A program made the translations under genes and the position numbers. Source: Aulosira sp. ZfuVER01 (GTDB taxonomy: Bacteria > Cyanobacteriota > Cyanobacteriia > Cyanobacteriales > Nostocaceae). From it: a DNA stretch of 64,000 nt. The stretch spans positions 32,001 through 96,000 of the forward strand of contig JAVRCV020000007.1 in NCBI GenBank assembly GCA_034530615.2, given 5' to 3'. Below, piece by piece: positions 1 through 10,098 of this stretch (within the stretch, counting starts at the first letter, position 1; every line of letters starts with the position of its first letter). A model generated the notes under the pieces. It saw only the letters and a list, made by a program, of their open reading frames with translations, was not told the DNA's origin and searched no databases.

Positions 1-956
1 AGAATTACACTCTCAATCCTTTCAAATACCCTCAAGATCCACGTCTGCATACATCCCCAGATGCTACCTTTGTCCGCCGCATCCAAGGTAAGCCATATTT
101 GTTCATCACAAATATGTACAGCAGCTTTCTGCAAATTTATCGTTTTGATGCAGACAACAAAAGTAAAATAGCCATCCCATCGGGAATGTTTGTTGGTACT
201 AATGCTGAAGGTAAACCATCAATCTCTGGTAACTGGCCGCCAAATCAACCAGAAAAAGGCGAATGGATTTGGCGCGATCGCAATGGTAATGGTGCGTTCG
301 ATCAGGGTGAGTACGACAAGAGCGAAGATTATCCCTACTTGGGAGGCTGGTGGGTAGACAGTAAAGGAGATGTCTGGAAAACCTTGCGCACTCAAGATAA
401 AATTGGTATCCGCCACTATCCGCTACAGGGACTAGATACTCATGGTAATCCCATTTATGGGTATAGTTCCATGAAAAAGCAAAAGACGCCGAGTATGTTT
501 ACCGATTTGCGGCGGATTGAGTATTTCCCGGAAACAGATACCATGTATTTGTCAGGCTTTACAGTAGACAACCCGGCGAAAGGTGATGATACTGGCGTTG
601 TCGGATCTGAAATTATCCGGTTTGATAATTGGAGTCGAGAAAATCCTACTCCCCGTTGGCGCATCGTAGTTCCTCACGACATCACAGGGAAGCGCGAAGT
701 CTCTACCGCCGCCATGAGTGTAGCAGGAGACTATGTATTTACCGTCACATTTAAAACAGCAGAAGTACACGTTTACAACGCCGCAACGGGAGTGCAAGTA
801 CAACATTTCAAACCCGGCCCAGAAGTTGCAGGTGAAAGTGGTTGGATTGATATACCTCATGGTATTCGTGCTTTTCGCCGTTCCAATGGTGAGTATTTAG
901 TATTCGTTGAAGAAGATTGGAAAGGAAAAGTAATTATCTATCAACTCAAAAGATAA
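1..956 (+). CDS. 5'-truncated protein, probably beta-propeller/NHL-like, of a type found in cyanobacterial polysaccharide clusters
   Basis: Frame is open from base 3 (NYTLNPFKYPQDPRLH...) into the 99..956 ORF, so the gene starts before the window; Trp/Gly-rich beta-strand pattern and a DRNGNGAFDQGE Ca-loop-like motif. Confidence 0.6.
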   Translation, partial: NYTLNPFKYPQDPRLHTSPDATFVRRIQGKPYLFITNMYSSFLQIYRFDADNKSKIAIPSGMFVGTNAEGKPSISGNWPPNQPEKGEWIWRDRNGNGAFDQGEYDKSEDYPYLGGWWVDSKGDVWKTLRTQDKIGIRHYPLQGLDTHGNPIYGYSSMKKQKTPSMFTDLRRIEYFPETDTMYLSGFTVDNPAKGDDTGVVGSEIIRFDNWSRENPTPRWRIVVPHDITGKREVSTAAMSVAGDYVFTVTFKTAEVHVYNAATGVQVQHFKPGPEVAGESGWIDIPHGIRAFRRSNGEYLVFVEEDWKGKVIIYQLKR

Positions 957-980
957 TCGCAGTTTTCGCCCATTTATTAA

Positions 981-1009
981 AACCCCGACTTCTTAAAGAA
1001 GTAGGGGTT
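981..1009. terminator. Hairpin (Nostoc REP-like AACCCCGACTTCT-TAA-AGAAGTAGGGGTT), probable terminator
   Basis: 13-bp inverted repeat with one mismatch, 25 bp after the stop codon, flanked by A/T runs. Confidence 0.6.
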
Positions 1010-1443
1010 ATTTAAACAGCAAAATTGTACAAAATTACCCAGTATTTGTTTATTTTTAATTACATTTCTACGCCTATGTTTATATTTGGCTTTTGCATGA
1101 CTTTAAAAATATCAATGTAAGTAGAATATAAACATTATTAGCGCAAATTAAAATGAAGTTATTTTTGTATTTTAATGTAAATTCAAGTTTGATGATTGTC
1201 ATTTATTATTGTTATTCATTTTACTAAAACTTTATATTTTTCTTGTAAAGAATCAACCACTTTTACACAAAAAATAAATATTATTGATGACAACTCCTAG
1301 TAATTAAATTATGATTTTATAACAACAAAAACAAATTTTGAGGAGTAAATAATTTCTCATAAATTCAAGAGCATTTTGCCAAGATTAACCAAATATCCGA
1401 ACTGAAATTATGAACTATCAAAGCCTAAATCAAGCGAATAGTT

Positions 1444-2229
1444 ATGAATATAAAAATTTATTTACAGCGGTTACAAAAACTAATTCCCCATACTTGGCTT
1501 GAGCAGATACAATATCTGCACTCTAGCTTACTCTTGCGATGGATCGTGCAGAATAGAAGCCAGCCATTAACATTAAATCACAAATCAGCAATGGTGTTTT
1601 CTCCTCACCAAGATGATGAAACATTTGGTTGTGGCGGGATGATTGCTCTGAAACGAGAACATGGTGTATCTGTAGTAGTAGCTTTTCTCACTGATGGACA
1701 GGGAGCGGGTAGTTCTCAGGCCAATTCTCAAACTAAAATTACTCATATTCGTAAACAAGAAGCAGAAAGTGCATTAGGAATTTTAGGAGTAAATCCATCA
1801 GAAATATATTTTTTGGAAAAACCAGATGGCACTTTACCTCATTTAAATGAGGAAGAAAGACAAGAGACTATTAAACAGTTAGCTGAATTGTTAAAGCATT
1901 ACAAACCAGAGGAAGTATACGTACCTCATCGTAAAGACTGCCATCGAGATCATGAAGCCACTTATCAATTAGTGAAATCTGCGATCGCTCAAGCAGGAAT
2001 TACAGTTGAATTGTTACAATATCCTATTTGGTTGTTCTGGAGAGCGCCATTATTTATTCTGCTGAAATTGCCGGATATAGCCGCAGCTTACTATCTCTCA
2101 ATCGCATCAGTTCAAGACAAAAAAAATAGAGCAATTTCTTCATATTGTTCTCAAATACATAGCCTACCTCGTGGCTTTATGCAGCGATTTTCTGGATCGC
2201 CTGAAATATTTTTTAAATCTGAGCCCTAA
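1444..2229 (+). CDS. PIG-L/LmbE family deacetylase
   Basis: PHQDDETFGCGG, LTDG, RKQEA and HRDH motifs. Confidence 0.9.
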   Translation: MNIKIYLQRLQKLIPHTWLEQIQYLHSSLLLRWIVQNRSQPLTLNHKSAMVFSPHQDDETFGCGGMIALKREHGVSVVVAFLTDGQGAGSSQANSQTKITHIRKQEAESALGILGVNPSEIYFLEKPDGTLPHLNEEERQETIKQLAELLKHYKPEEVYVPHRKDCHRDHEATYQLVKSAIAQAGITVELLQYPIWLFWRAPLFILLKLPDIAAAYYLSIASVQDKKNRAISSYCSQIHSLPRGFMQRFSGSPEIFFKSEP

Positions 2230-2383
2230 TATTTGGGTATCAGCATAGTTTTTGACTAAATACCACCCTCTTCATCTGGGTAGCAAACAGACAAGGCATA
2301 GAAGACTATTTTCTTCTTTGTGCCTTAGTGTCTCTGTGGTTCTAAATAATTTCTAATACTTTTTATCTGTGGAGTAAATTTAA

Positions 2384-3493
2384 ATGCGGATACTACACCT
2401 CACCAATCATGTACAACAAATTGGTAACGGAATTGTAAATGTGGCAGTAGACCTAGCTTGTTTGCAAGCAGACAATGGTCATTATGTTGCCGTAGCCTCA
2501 GCTGGTGGAGAATACGAAGCATTACTTGCACGTCATGACGTTCAACACTTTCACCTCGATCAGTCGAGAACACCAGTAAATGCGATCAAAGCTACTTGGC
2601 GTTATCGAGAGATTATCCAAGAGTTTCAGCCAGATATTGTTCATGCACACATGATGACGGGGGTTATGCTAGCAGGACTTTTGAGAAACGGTAGTGAATA
2701 TAGTTTAGTTTCTACCGTACACAATGAGTTTCAGCGTAGTGCTGTACTAATGGGATTGGCAGATCGAGTCATTGCAGTTAGTAATGCCGTAGCCGATTCA
2801 ATGGTTCGACGTGGTATACCTAAGAGTAAGTTACGGGTGGTATCTAACGGTACATTAAATAGCCCCCGCAATCGTAGCATTAAAGATTACCAACCATTGC
2901 CTTTGTGCCACCCAGCAATTACTACAGTAGCCGGGATGTATACCCGCAAAGGCATTGTTGAATTAATAGAAGCATTTGTCAAAATTGCTACAGACTTTCC
3001 GCAAGCACATTTATATTTAGTCGGAAACGGCCCCGATCGCGCAATGTTTGAGACGATGGTGCAAAATACACCTTTTGCAGACCGGATTCATTTTGAAGGC
3101 TTTCAGGCAGAACCACAACGCTATATGCTCTCAAGTGATATCTTCGTTCTCGCTTCTCACTGCGAATCTTTCGGATTAGTGCTAACAGAAGCGCGGGAAG
3201 CAGGTTGTGCAATTATTGCTAGCGATGTCGATGGGATTCCAGAGACTTTAGATCGGGGACAAGCTGGTTTATTAGTACCACCAAAAGATAGTCAGACGTT
3301 AGCGAATGCTTTAGGACATTTGCTCAACGATCCGCAACAACTACAAAAGTTGAAATATCAAGCCAAACAAAACCTAGAACGGTTCAGCGCCACGCGGGTT
3401 AACGAAGAAACGCTAAGTGTCTATTATGAATTAATCGATAACTACAGTGTGTTTAATGTACTAAGAACGGAAGAACTTGCAGTGAGTAAATAA
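2384..3493 (+). CDS. Glycosyltransferase family 4
   Basis: MRILHL start, DIVHAH, RKG and ESFGLVLTEA...SDVDGIPE GT-B motifs. Confidence 0.93.
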   Translation: MRILHLTNHVQQIGNGIVNVAVDLACLQADNGHYVAVASAGGEYEALLARHDVQHFHLDQSRTPVNAIKATWRYREIIQEFQPDIVHAHMMTGVMLAGLLRNGSEYSLVSTVHNEFQRSAVLMGLADRVIAVSNAVADSMVRRGIPKSKLRVVSNGTLNSPRNRSIKDYQPLPLCHPAITTVAGMYTRKGIVELIEAFVKIATDFPQAHLYLVGNGPDRAMFETMVQNTPFADRIHFEGFQAEPQRYMLSSDIFVLASHCESFGLVLTEAREAGCAIIASDVDGIPETLDRGQAGLLVPPKDSQTLANALGHLLNDPQQLQKLKYQAKQNLERFSATRVNEETLSVYYELIDNYSVFNVLRTEELAVSK

Positions 3494-3537
3494 ATTTCTA
3501 CATTAACATTTGGGAACTCAAACAAAAGTTATCTTCA

Positions 3538-3789
3538 TTACGAGTTATCACCCCGACGGCTAGCAATTTCTTTCTCTATCTCCTCCTGATTTAACAATGG
3601 CCCACCCGCAGTAACAATTTTGTCCCGGAGAGAACGCAAACGCTCACCAAGCTGGCTTTTAGCAGTACGGGTTAACAATTGCAGGTCTACCGTTTTCAGG
3701 TGGAGAAATTCTACAAATTCTAAAACCTGCTGCTGTTTATCTGGCGACAGGAGCCGCCACTTTTCTAATAAATCTTGTTCTGGAATCAT
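3538..3789 (-). CDS. Small DUF2281-like protein (antitoxin-like)
   Basis: LSPDKQQQVLEFVEFL motif. Confidence 0.6.
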   Translation of the reverse strand: MIPEQDLLEKWRLLSPDKQQQVLEFVEFLHLKTVDLQLLTRTAKSQLGERLRSLRDKIVTAGGPLLNQEEIEKEIASRRGDNS

Positions 3790-3857
3790 TGATAATTGAC
3801 CCGATCAACTTCTGGATTCAAAGTATCTAAATCTATTGTCTGCTAATTTTTTATTGC

Positions 3858-6467
3858 TTATAACCAATTACCTACCAGAACAAAAGCAGCCCAAAAATAG
3901 GGATGTTGGTATTCAGGATTTGCCATAATTTTGAGTTGCGCCTGTCGTAATATCTCAGCTTTGCTAAGTTTAGGGTTGTTTAACTGCTGATAAAATTCTT
4001 TCATTAAGTTGGCGGTTGATTCGTCGTTGACTGACCACAGGCTAGCAATAGTACTCTTGGCTCCAGAACGCAAAGCAAACCCAGCTAATCCCAAAGTAGC
4101 GCGATTATCACCCGCTGCTGTTTGACAGGCACTCATCACTAATAGTTCAATTGGTTCTAAGATTCCCAGCCTTCTTTTTTGGAATAATCGATCAAAATCT
4201 AGAAAAGAAATGCGATCGCTCCATGTCAGCAAGAAAGTTTCCTCTGGATTAGAACTAAATTGACCGTGAGTCGCCAGGTGAACTATGGGGAATGGTTGAT
4301 TTTCCAGGGCTTTTTTCAAACTATCGCGAGTAAATTGGGCATTGAGCAAGATTTTTGATGCAACTTTCGTCGTTACTTCTTTAATTTCTCCGCTAACAGC
4401 AGGTAGAGAACTGAAGCCTTGACGTGCTTCTGCAAGTCCAGCTGCTAACACACCTAGTTTTTGACGTTGGAGTCCTTGGGGAAATAACTGTAAGCCTGGA
4501 CTGAGGGCAACACTATATTTTTCTATCAAATAGCGATCGCCATCGTGAAGCGCTGCCATTGGCAAGTTGCGCAAAAAACCGTCTAAGATAAATACTAAAG
4601 TCTTGACATTACTACTTTTAAGTCTCTCTTCCGCAGGTGCAATCAGCCATTTATAAACTTTTTGAGACAGTCGGAAACTCTCTTCGCGGATATAACCACG
4701 GGACATATAAGAATAAAGGTGCTTGAGGGTATTTTCAATTTGTTTTTTTGACAGTTGGGTGCTGTAGTGGTGCAAGGGTTGATTGGGAATAGACAGGATA
4801 ACTTCCAGGCGATCGCTGAGAATAATCGGGTAGATAACAGCAGCTTGCACGTCGATTTTATCGATAGCGACAGGATGGGTATCCACACAAGCATCCTTAA
4901 AATAATTATCTAATTCCGCTAGTTGTAGGTCTTCTATTACTAGACGCGCTTGTTTGAGGTTGCTTTGATCGTCACCTTTTTGTAGCAACAGGCTGACATA
5001 ATCTCGATAGATAGGTTCAATACTTTCTCTAAAATCAAACTGAACATCGGGATTAATGGCGACTAGATCGCTGCGTAGGAATTGTAAGTGATTAAAAGCA
5101 ATCTCATAAGCTGCGATCGCACTCTTAATATCTCCTTGTTGTTTAGCTATTGTGCCCGACTGTGCCGCAGTCCGAGCCACCAAATCAGCCGCATCCATTT
5201 CTTGGGCAATTTTTTGTGCCTGTTTTGTTAGTCTTTCGGCATCTGTTAACTGGCCGTTTTGTTGATAGAGTTTACCTAATTGTTGCAGAGAGTAAGCCTC
5301 GGCTCTGAAATCTTTGATTTCTCTAGCTTGTTCGATAGCTTTTGCTAACAATTGGGCAGTTTGAGCAGCATTAGAATTCTCTTTTGCACGCTCGATTGCC
5401 ATCAAACTTTCTGCAAAATTTATTCTGGCATAAATCGCAGGGCGGCTAGGAGAAAGTGAGTCTATATTAGTTGCAATTGCTGGAATTAAAGCTTTTGCCG
5501 CTTCCCATCTTTGCAGTTTTACTAACAAGCTAAACTGATTTAATTGGGCTACTAATTTAGCTTGTATTTCTGGAGATAAATTAATTGCTTCTTGGTAGTC
5601 TATTAAAGCAACATCATATTTATGTAAATCTTTAGCAACATTACCACGACTGAACAAAACTCCACTCACATCAGCTGGAGAGTTAAATTGTTTACTAATT
5701 GCCAAACTTTTCTCTAGAGTTGTATTTGATTGTCGCAAATCGCCAATAGTTTGCAGCGCTACTCCTAAACTTCTGAATCCTTGAGCTTTCAGCAGGCTAT
5801 CAGGTTGATTTTGCAGTTCTGCAACCAGTGCTTCTAATAGGGTTTTGGCGCGACGATATTGCCCTAAAGTTTGCAAACCCTGTGCCTGATTAATTTGACT
5901 GATGAGTTTGCCTGTTTTATCTCCAGTGCGATCGTAGATTTCTGCTGCTTGCTTCCAGGTATCGATAGCAGTTTCGGTTTGTCCTTGCAGTAGTTGGATT
6001 GTGCCTTGGGTATTTAATGCTTGAGCTAATAGTAAGTTAATCTGCTTATCCGGTTTGTTAAAGCTTTTTAATAAATTCAGACTTTCTGCAATTGTAGTTT
6101 GGGATTGTTGCGTTTTTCCTAAATCTTTATATACCGAAGCTAAATAATTCAATGCTTGAATTTGTCTAACAATTTCTTTTTGCTCTTGATAAGAATTTAA
6201 AGCATTCTCCCATACCTTAGCTGCTTCTGTATATTGACCATTTTGATAGTAATTTTTCCCTTGTTGTAATAAATCTGAAGTATTAGATAATTCTTCTGCT
6301 ATGCGATACGGCTCTGGTAATTTTGATGGAATTGCCACAGCAGTAATACTTTTATTGACTAATAATATAGTCAACATCAAGCTTGTTAAAAACAATATTA
6401 CAAGCCAGATATTTCTTTTTAGAATTAACCAAAAATATCGTAACATTGGTTTTTTATAAACTTTCAA
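3858..6467 (-). CDS. TPR-repeat + CHAT domain protein (caspase-like protease)
   Basis: N-terminal hydrophobic segment, TPR helices, HLATHG and MSACQT catalytic dyad, C-terminal HPYFWAAFVLVGNWL. Confidence 0.93.
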   Translation of the reverse strand: MKVYKKPMLRYFWLILKRNIWLVILFLTSLMLTILLVNKSITAVAIPSKLPEPYRIAEELSNTSDLLQQGKNYYQNGQYTEAAKVWENALNSYQEQKEIVRQIQALNYLASVYKDLGKTQQSQTTIAESLNLLKSFNKPDKQINLLLAQALNTQGTIQLLQGQTETAIDTWKQAAEIYDRTGDKTGKLISQINQAQGLQTLGQYRRAKTLLEALVAELQNQPDSLLKAQGFRSLGVALQTIGDLRQSNTTLEKSLAISKQFNSPADVSGVLFSRGNVAKDLHKYDVALIDYQEAINLSPEIQAKLVAQLNQFSLLVKLQRWEAAKALIPAIATNIDSLSPSRPAIYARINFAESLMAIERAKENSNAAQTAQLLAKAIEQAREIKDFRAEAYSLQQLGKLYQQNGQLTDAERLTKQAQKIAQEMDAADLVARTAAQSGTIAKQQGDIKSAIAAYEIAFNHLQFLRSDLVAINPDVQFDFRESIEPIYRDYVSLLLQKGDDQSNLKQARLVIEDLQLAELDNYFKDACVDTHPVAIDKIDVQAAVIYPIILSDRLEVILSIPNQPLHHYSTQLSKKQIENTLKHLYSYMSRGYIREESFRLSQKVYKWLIAPAEERLKSSNVKTLVFILDGFLRNLPMAALHDGDRYLIEKYSVALSPGLQLFPQGLQRQKLGVLAAGLAEARQGFSSLPAVSGEIKEVTTKVASKILLNAQFTRDSLKKALENQPFPIVHLATHGQFSSNPEETFLLTWSDRISFLDFDRLFQKRRLGILEPIELLVMSACQTAAGDNRATLGLAGFALRSGAKSTIASLWSVNDESTANLMKEFYQQLNNPKLSKAEILRQAQLKIMANPEYQHPYFWAAFVLVGNWL

Positions 6468-6561
6468 TTTGTTATTTTTGTTTCTTTTATGACTGACACA
6501 AGGTACAAATTTATCGTGGTTGTCAATACCTGCACTGTAGGAGTTTAGCGATGCGAACCCC

Positions 6562-9500
6562 CTACGATAGATGTGTTTTTTTATAATTTGATAAACTGTG
6601 ACAATTCGGATATTTATTTATTTCTGGAGGTGCCGATGCTACTAATTCCACTTCTCCTTTTGCATTAATTATCCAATTTGTTGCTGCCACAATTAACTGT
6701 CTTGTTGGCGGCAAAGAATTATTTGCTTGATTGCGACTTTGGGTAGTTGTAAAATCTCGCATATCAGACAACAAAGTTTGACTGCGAATAGTTGCCGTTG
6801 GATCTGCTGGTAATCCACCTCTTCCCGTGATGGTGAATGAATTACCTTCAGTTGCGGCACAACTAGCAATTATGCGATCGCGCGGATCGTTTGGTTTTTC
6901 TGGTAATGCCACCAATTCCGCACTGCGATTCCCCTCTGGATTATTAATCGATACAGTTCCCGCAACGCCGAACTGAGAACTGGCAGTAATATCGCTCCCA
7001 GAGGTAATTTGCTGTTGAGATGCGATACCAAAAAGACCTGTGGCTGTAATATCAACATTGCCACCACGACCGAAGAAAGCGTTGGCTGTGATATCACTAT
7101 TTTCTGCTGGCACGGTGACAATAAAATTCGTGTCTATTTTAATGTTGCCACCATCACCACCTGCACCAGCATTCCCCGCCGTTGTGGAAATGCGACTTCC
7201 CCGGCGTAACAATAAAAAATCTGGTAAATTCAGAGCAATATTACCGCCATTGGTGCTGGCTGTCTCCGCAGAAATTAAAGCTTGATTGTCGAGGGTTAAT
7301 TGGTTTGCTTGAATCTCGATATTGCCACCAATCCCGGCACCTTGGCTATCAACTGCAATAGCTGCACCATCCCTGATTTCTACAAGTTCGGGATCGATGA
7401 AGATATTGCCACCATTTCCAGTAGAACCCGGAGTGGTATTGGAAAATAGGCCTGTGTTTGTACCGGAGAGGAAAACTCTATCCTTGGCTTGAACTACTAT
7501 ATTGCCTGCATCGCCTTTACCTTCAGTCAATGCTTCTAACTCTGCGCCATTGGTGACAGATAAAAAGGGTGTGGTAATTTGCAGTGTTCCGCCTTTTCCT
7601 GTTGCACCCTCTAAGGTGCTGACAAAAGCACCGCTAGGCTTAAAAGGTTGACCAGGATTACCATCGAAAGCAACTGATTCGCTAGCATTGATAAAAATAT
7701 TACCTGCATCACCGGGAGCAATCGTACTAGCACTAATACCCGCACCATTTTTCACCGAAAGTTCGCTAGTCTTGATGTCAATTACATTACCTTGACCTTG
7801 GGAACCTGGTAAAACTTCACTAATAATGCCGCTAGGAATGACTACGGGTTGAGGAAGATTTGGGTTTGAGAATAAAATTGCCCCATCGATGACAATGGAT
7901 TTTGCTGCTTCTATTTCAATTCTGCCTGCATTCCCACGCCCGACAGTCGTGGCTCGAATTTGCCCTCCCTGTTGCAGAGATAGGGAGCCAGTTTTAATTT
8001 TAATAATGCCGCCATTGCCTTGAGCGCTAGGAAAAACAATGCTACTAAAACCACTAAAAGCGCCAATATCAGAGGTTCCAGAAAGGGCGATCGCATCTGT
8101 AGCATTAACTGTAATATTACCAGCGTTGCCTACACCTTCTGTTTGCGAAAATACCTGACCACCATTGGTTGCTACAAAGTTCTTCGTATTAATCTCGACA
8201 TCGCCAGCTTTACCCCCATCTGCGCTTAAGGTTTGACTTCCTAACCTGGAGTTATTTAAAGAAATGGCATCAGCATTAACAATGACGTTACCAGCATCAC
8301 CACCACGAGTCAGATTTGATAATTCTGCTTGGTTTGCTTCTAAGGAATTAGCGTTAATAATTAGCTTCCCGCCTGGGCCTGTTGCACCTGTACGCAAATT
8401 ACTTTGTACATAGTTACTCAAAGAAATTAATGGTGCATTCAGCGTCACATCACCACCTTGACCAGAACCATAAGCAGCACTTTCAATATAAGAATCTCCT
8501 AGAGGTGCTGGTTCTTGAATAATCGCTGATTGACTTTTAAAGGTAATGTTTCCTCCAGTTGAACCATAGGAAAAAATTTGCGATCCAGAAGGCATGAAAA
8601 TATCACCTTTAGCTAACAGTGTGATATTTCCACCAGGATTGGAAAACAAGAAATTAGAGAAATCAATTCCTGAAGCATCAACAAATTTGGGAGTGGTAAT
8701 TTTTCCGCGTGAGTCAATTACAATGTCACCACCGCCAGAAGCACCAGCAAATGTTCCTAGCAGGAATTTAACGGTAATATCACCTGATAAAGCAGTATTG
8801 GGTTGATATTGATTGGTTAAAAAAATCAGCCCTCCTTGATTAATAATTTGATTGATGGTGATATTAGCATTGCTAGGACTGCCATTATTAGGAGGAGAAA
8901 AAACATCTGTATCTCCTGTAATTCCTGCTGGGTTGAAAGCGGTTGTTCCGGCTCTGATATCAACAGTAGGTTTGACACTTCCATTAATCGGAACTTGCGT
9001 TACGCCATCAGCCAGCGTCACTGTTTCATTAATAAAATTAGTCGTATCGGGACTAGTAATAGTTAGATTATCTATTGTGACGCTGCCACCTGCAAAAATA
9101 TGAATGGAGGCTCCTGTATAACTATTAAAACTGACATCTCCACTCGCCCTAATAATTGGGTCATCACTGCTGGCTAAATCTCCGCCATTACCATTTATTT
9201 GTTCCAGGCGAAAGTTACCATTACTAAAAAATTGCGCGTTCCCACCAATAGAATTGGCTGAACGCAACAGCATATTTTCACCAGCAAACAAGCCACTAGC
9301 AGGATGATTTAAAGCAAAGATGTCTATTTTATTGCCTTGGACTAATAGTTGTTTACCAGCAGAGGCGACGAAAGGATTATTGAAGGTATCTCGGATTTTG
9401 ACAGTATCGCTAGCTTGCAAAGTTAAATTATGAGCTGCTTCCAACTGTCCTTGTAAGTCAAGATTTTGACCAACTAAGGTCAAATCTTTCCCTACGGATA

Positions 9501-10068
9501 AGTTACCAGAATTAGCGATGCCACTTTCGGGAGCTAACCAACTATCTAACCCCAGAGGCTGGTTGATAGTTAGTAGAGAAGGCGCTTTTGGGTTTTGGGT
9601 ACTGAATTTTTCACCGTTCTCTAATAACAGGCTGTTGCTGGTGCTGGCGAAAAACGAACCGGAGATATCTAGACGTGCATTTTGACCGAAAATAATCCCA
9701 TTAGGATTTATCAAATAGAGGTTGGCGCTACCTAAAACCCCCAACGTCCCGAAAATCTTAGAGGCTTGATTTCCTGTAACTCGTCCTAAGATATTTTCTA
9801 TTCCAGCAGGATTAGCAAAATAGACTCGTTGCTGATTCCTGACGTTGAAATCTTGGAAACTGTGAAATAGATTACCACCTCGAATCGCCCCACCATCAAT
9901 ACGATTTATCAGATCATCTTGGTGTTGAACATTCGGGGTAACAACCGAGCGTTCAGACCCTAAACTATTGTCAGGGATAATCTGTGCCAATACACCTGTA
10001 GTTAAGCCTAGCGTACAGGCGATCGCTCCACCGCTTGCCAGAATATTGATTAGCTTGTAGTGCACCAT
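6562..10068 (-). CDS. Filamentous haemagglutinin-family (TpsA-like) exoprotein
   Basis: Signal peptide, AQIIPDNSL, NLFHSFQDFNV and NPNGIIFG secretion-domain motifs, G-x-G-G-N-I-x-I beta-helix repeats, FTITGRGGLP C-terminus. Confidence 0.93.
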   Translation of the reverse strand: MVHYKLINILASGGAIACTLGLTTGVLAQIIPDNSLGSERSVVTPNVQHQDDLINRIDGGAIRGGNLFHSFQDFNVRNQQRVYFANPAGIENILGRVTGNQASKIFGTLGVLGSANLYLINPNGIIFGQNARLDISGSFFASTSNSLLLENGEKFSTQNPKAPSLLTINQPLGLDSWLAPESGIANSGNLSVGKDLTLVGQNLDLQGQLEAAHNLTLQASDTVKIRDTFNNPFVASAGKQLLVQGNKIDIFALNHPASGLFAGENMLLRSANSIGGNAQFFSNGNFRLEQINGNGGDLASSDDPIIRASGDVSFNSYTGASIHIFAGGSVTIDNLTITSPDTTNFINETVTLADGVTQVPINGSVKPTVDIRAGTTAFNPAGITGDTDVFSPPNNGSPSNANITINQIINQGGLIFLTNQYQPNTALSGDITVKFLLGTFAGASGGGDIVIDSRGKITTPKFVDASGIDFSNFLFSNPGGNITLLAKGDIFMPSGSQIFSYGSTGGNITFKSQSAIIQEPAPLGDSYIESAAYGSGQGGDVTLNAPLISLSNYVQSNLRTGATGPGGKLIINANSLEANQAELSNLTRGGDAGNVIVNADAISLNNSRLGSQTLSADGGKAGDVEINTKNFVATNGGQVFSQTEGVGNAGNITVNATDAIALSGTSDIGAFSGFSSIVFPSAQGNGGIIKIKTGSLSLQQGGQIRATTVGRGNAGRIEIEAAKSIVIDGAILFSNPNLPQPVVIPSGIISEVLPGSQGQGNVIDIKTSELSVKNGAGISASTIAPGDAGNIFINASESVAFDGNPGQPFKPSGAFVSTLEGATGKGGTLQITTPFLSVTNGAELEALTEGKGDAGNIVVQAKDRVFLSGTNTGLFSNTTPGSTGNGGNIFIDPELVEIRDGAAIAVDSQGAGIGGNIEIQANQLTLDNQALISAETASTNGGNIALNLPDFLLLRRGSRISTTAGNAGAGGDGGNIKIDTNFIVTVPAENSDITANAFFGRGGNVDITATGLFGIASQQQITSGSDITASSQFGVAGTVSINNPEGNRSAELVALPEKPNDPRDRIIASCAATEGNSFTITGRGGLPADPTATIRSQTLLSDMRDFTTTQSRNQANNSLPPTRQLIVAATNWIINAKGEVELVASAPPEINKYPNCHSLSNYKKTHLS

Positions 10069-10098
10069 CTGTTAGTTGCTTCACTGTGGAAAATCGAG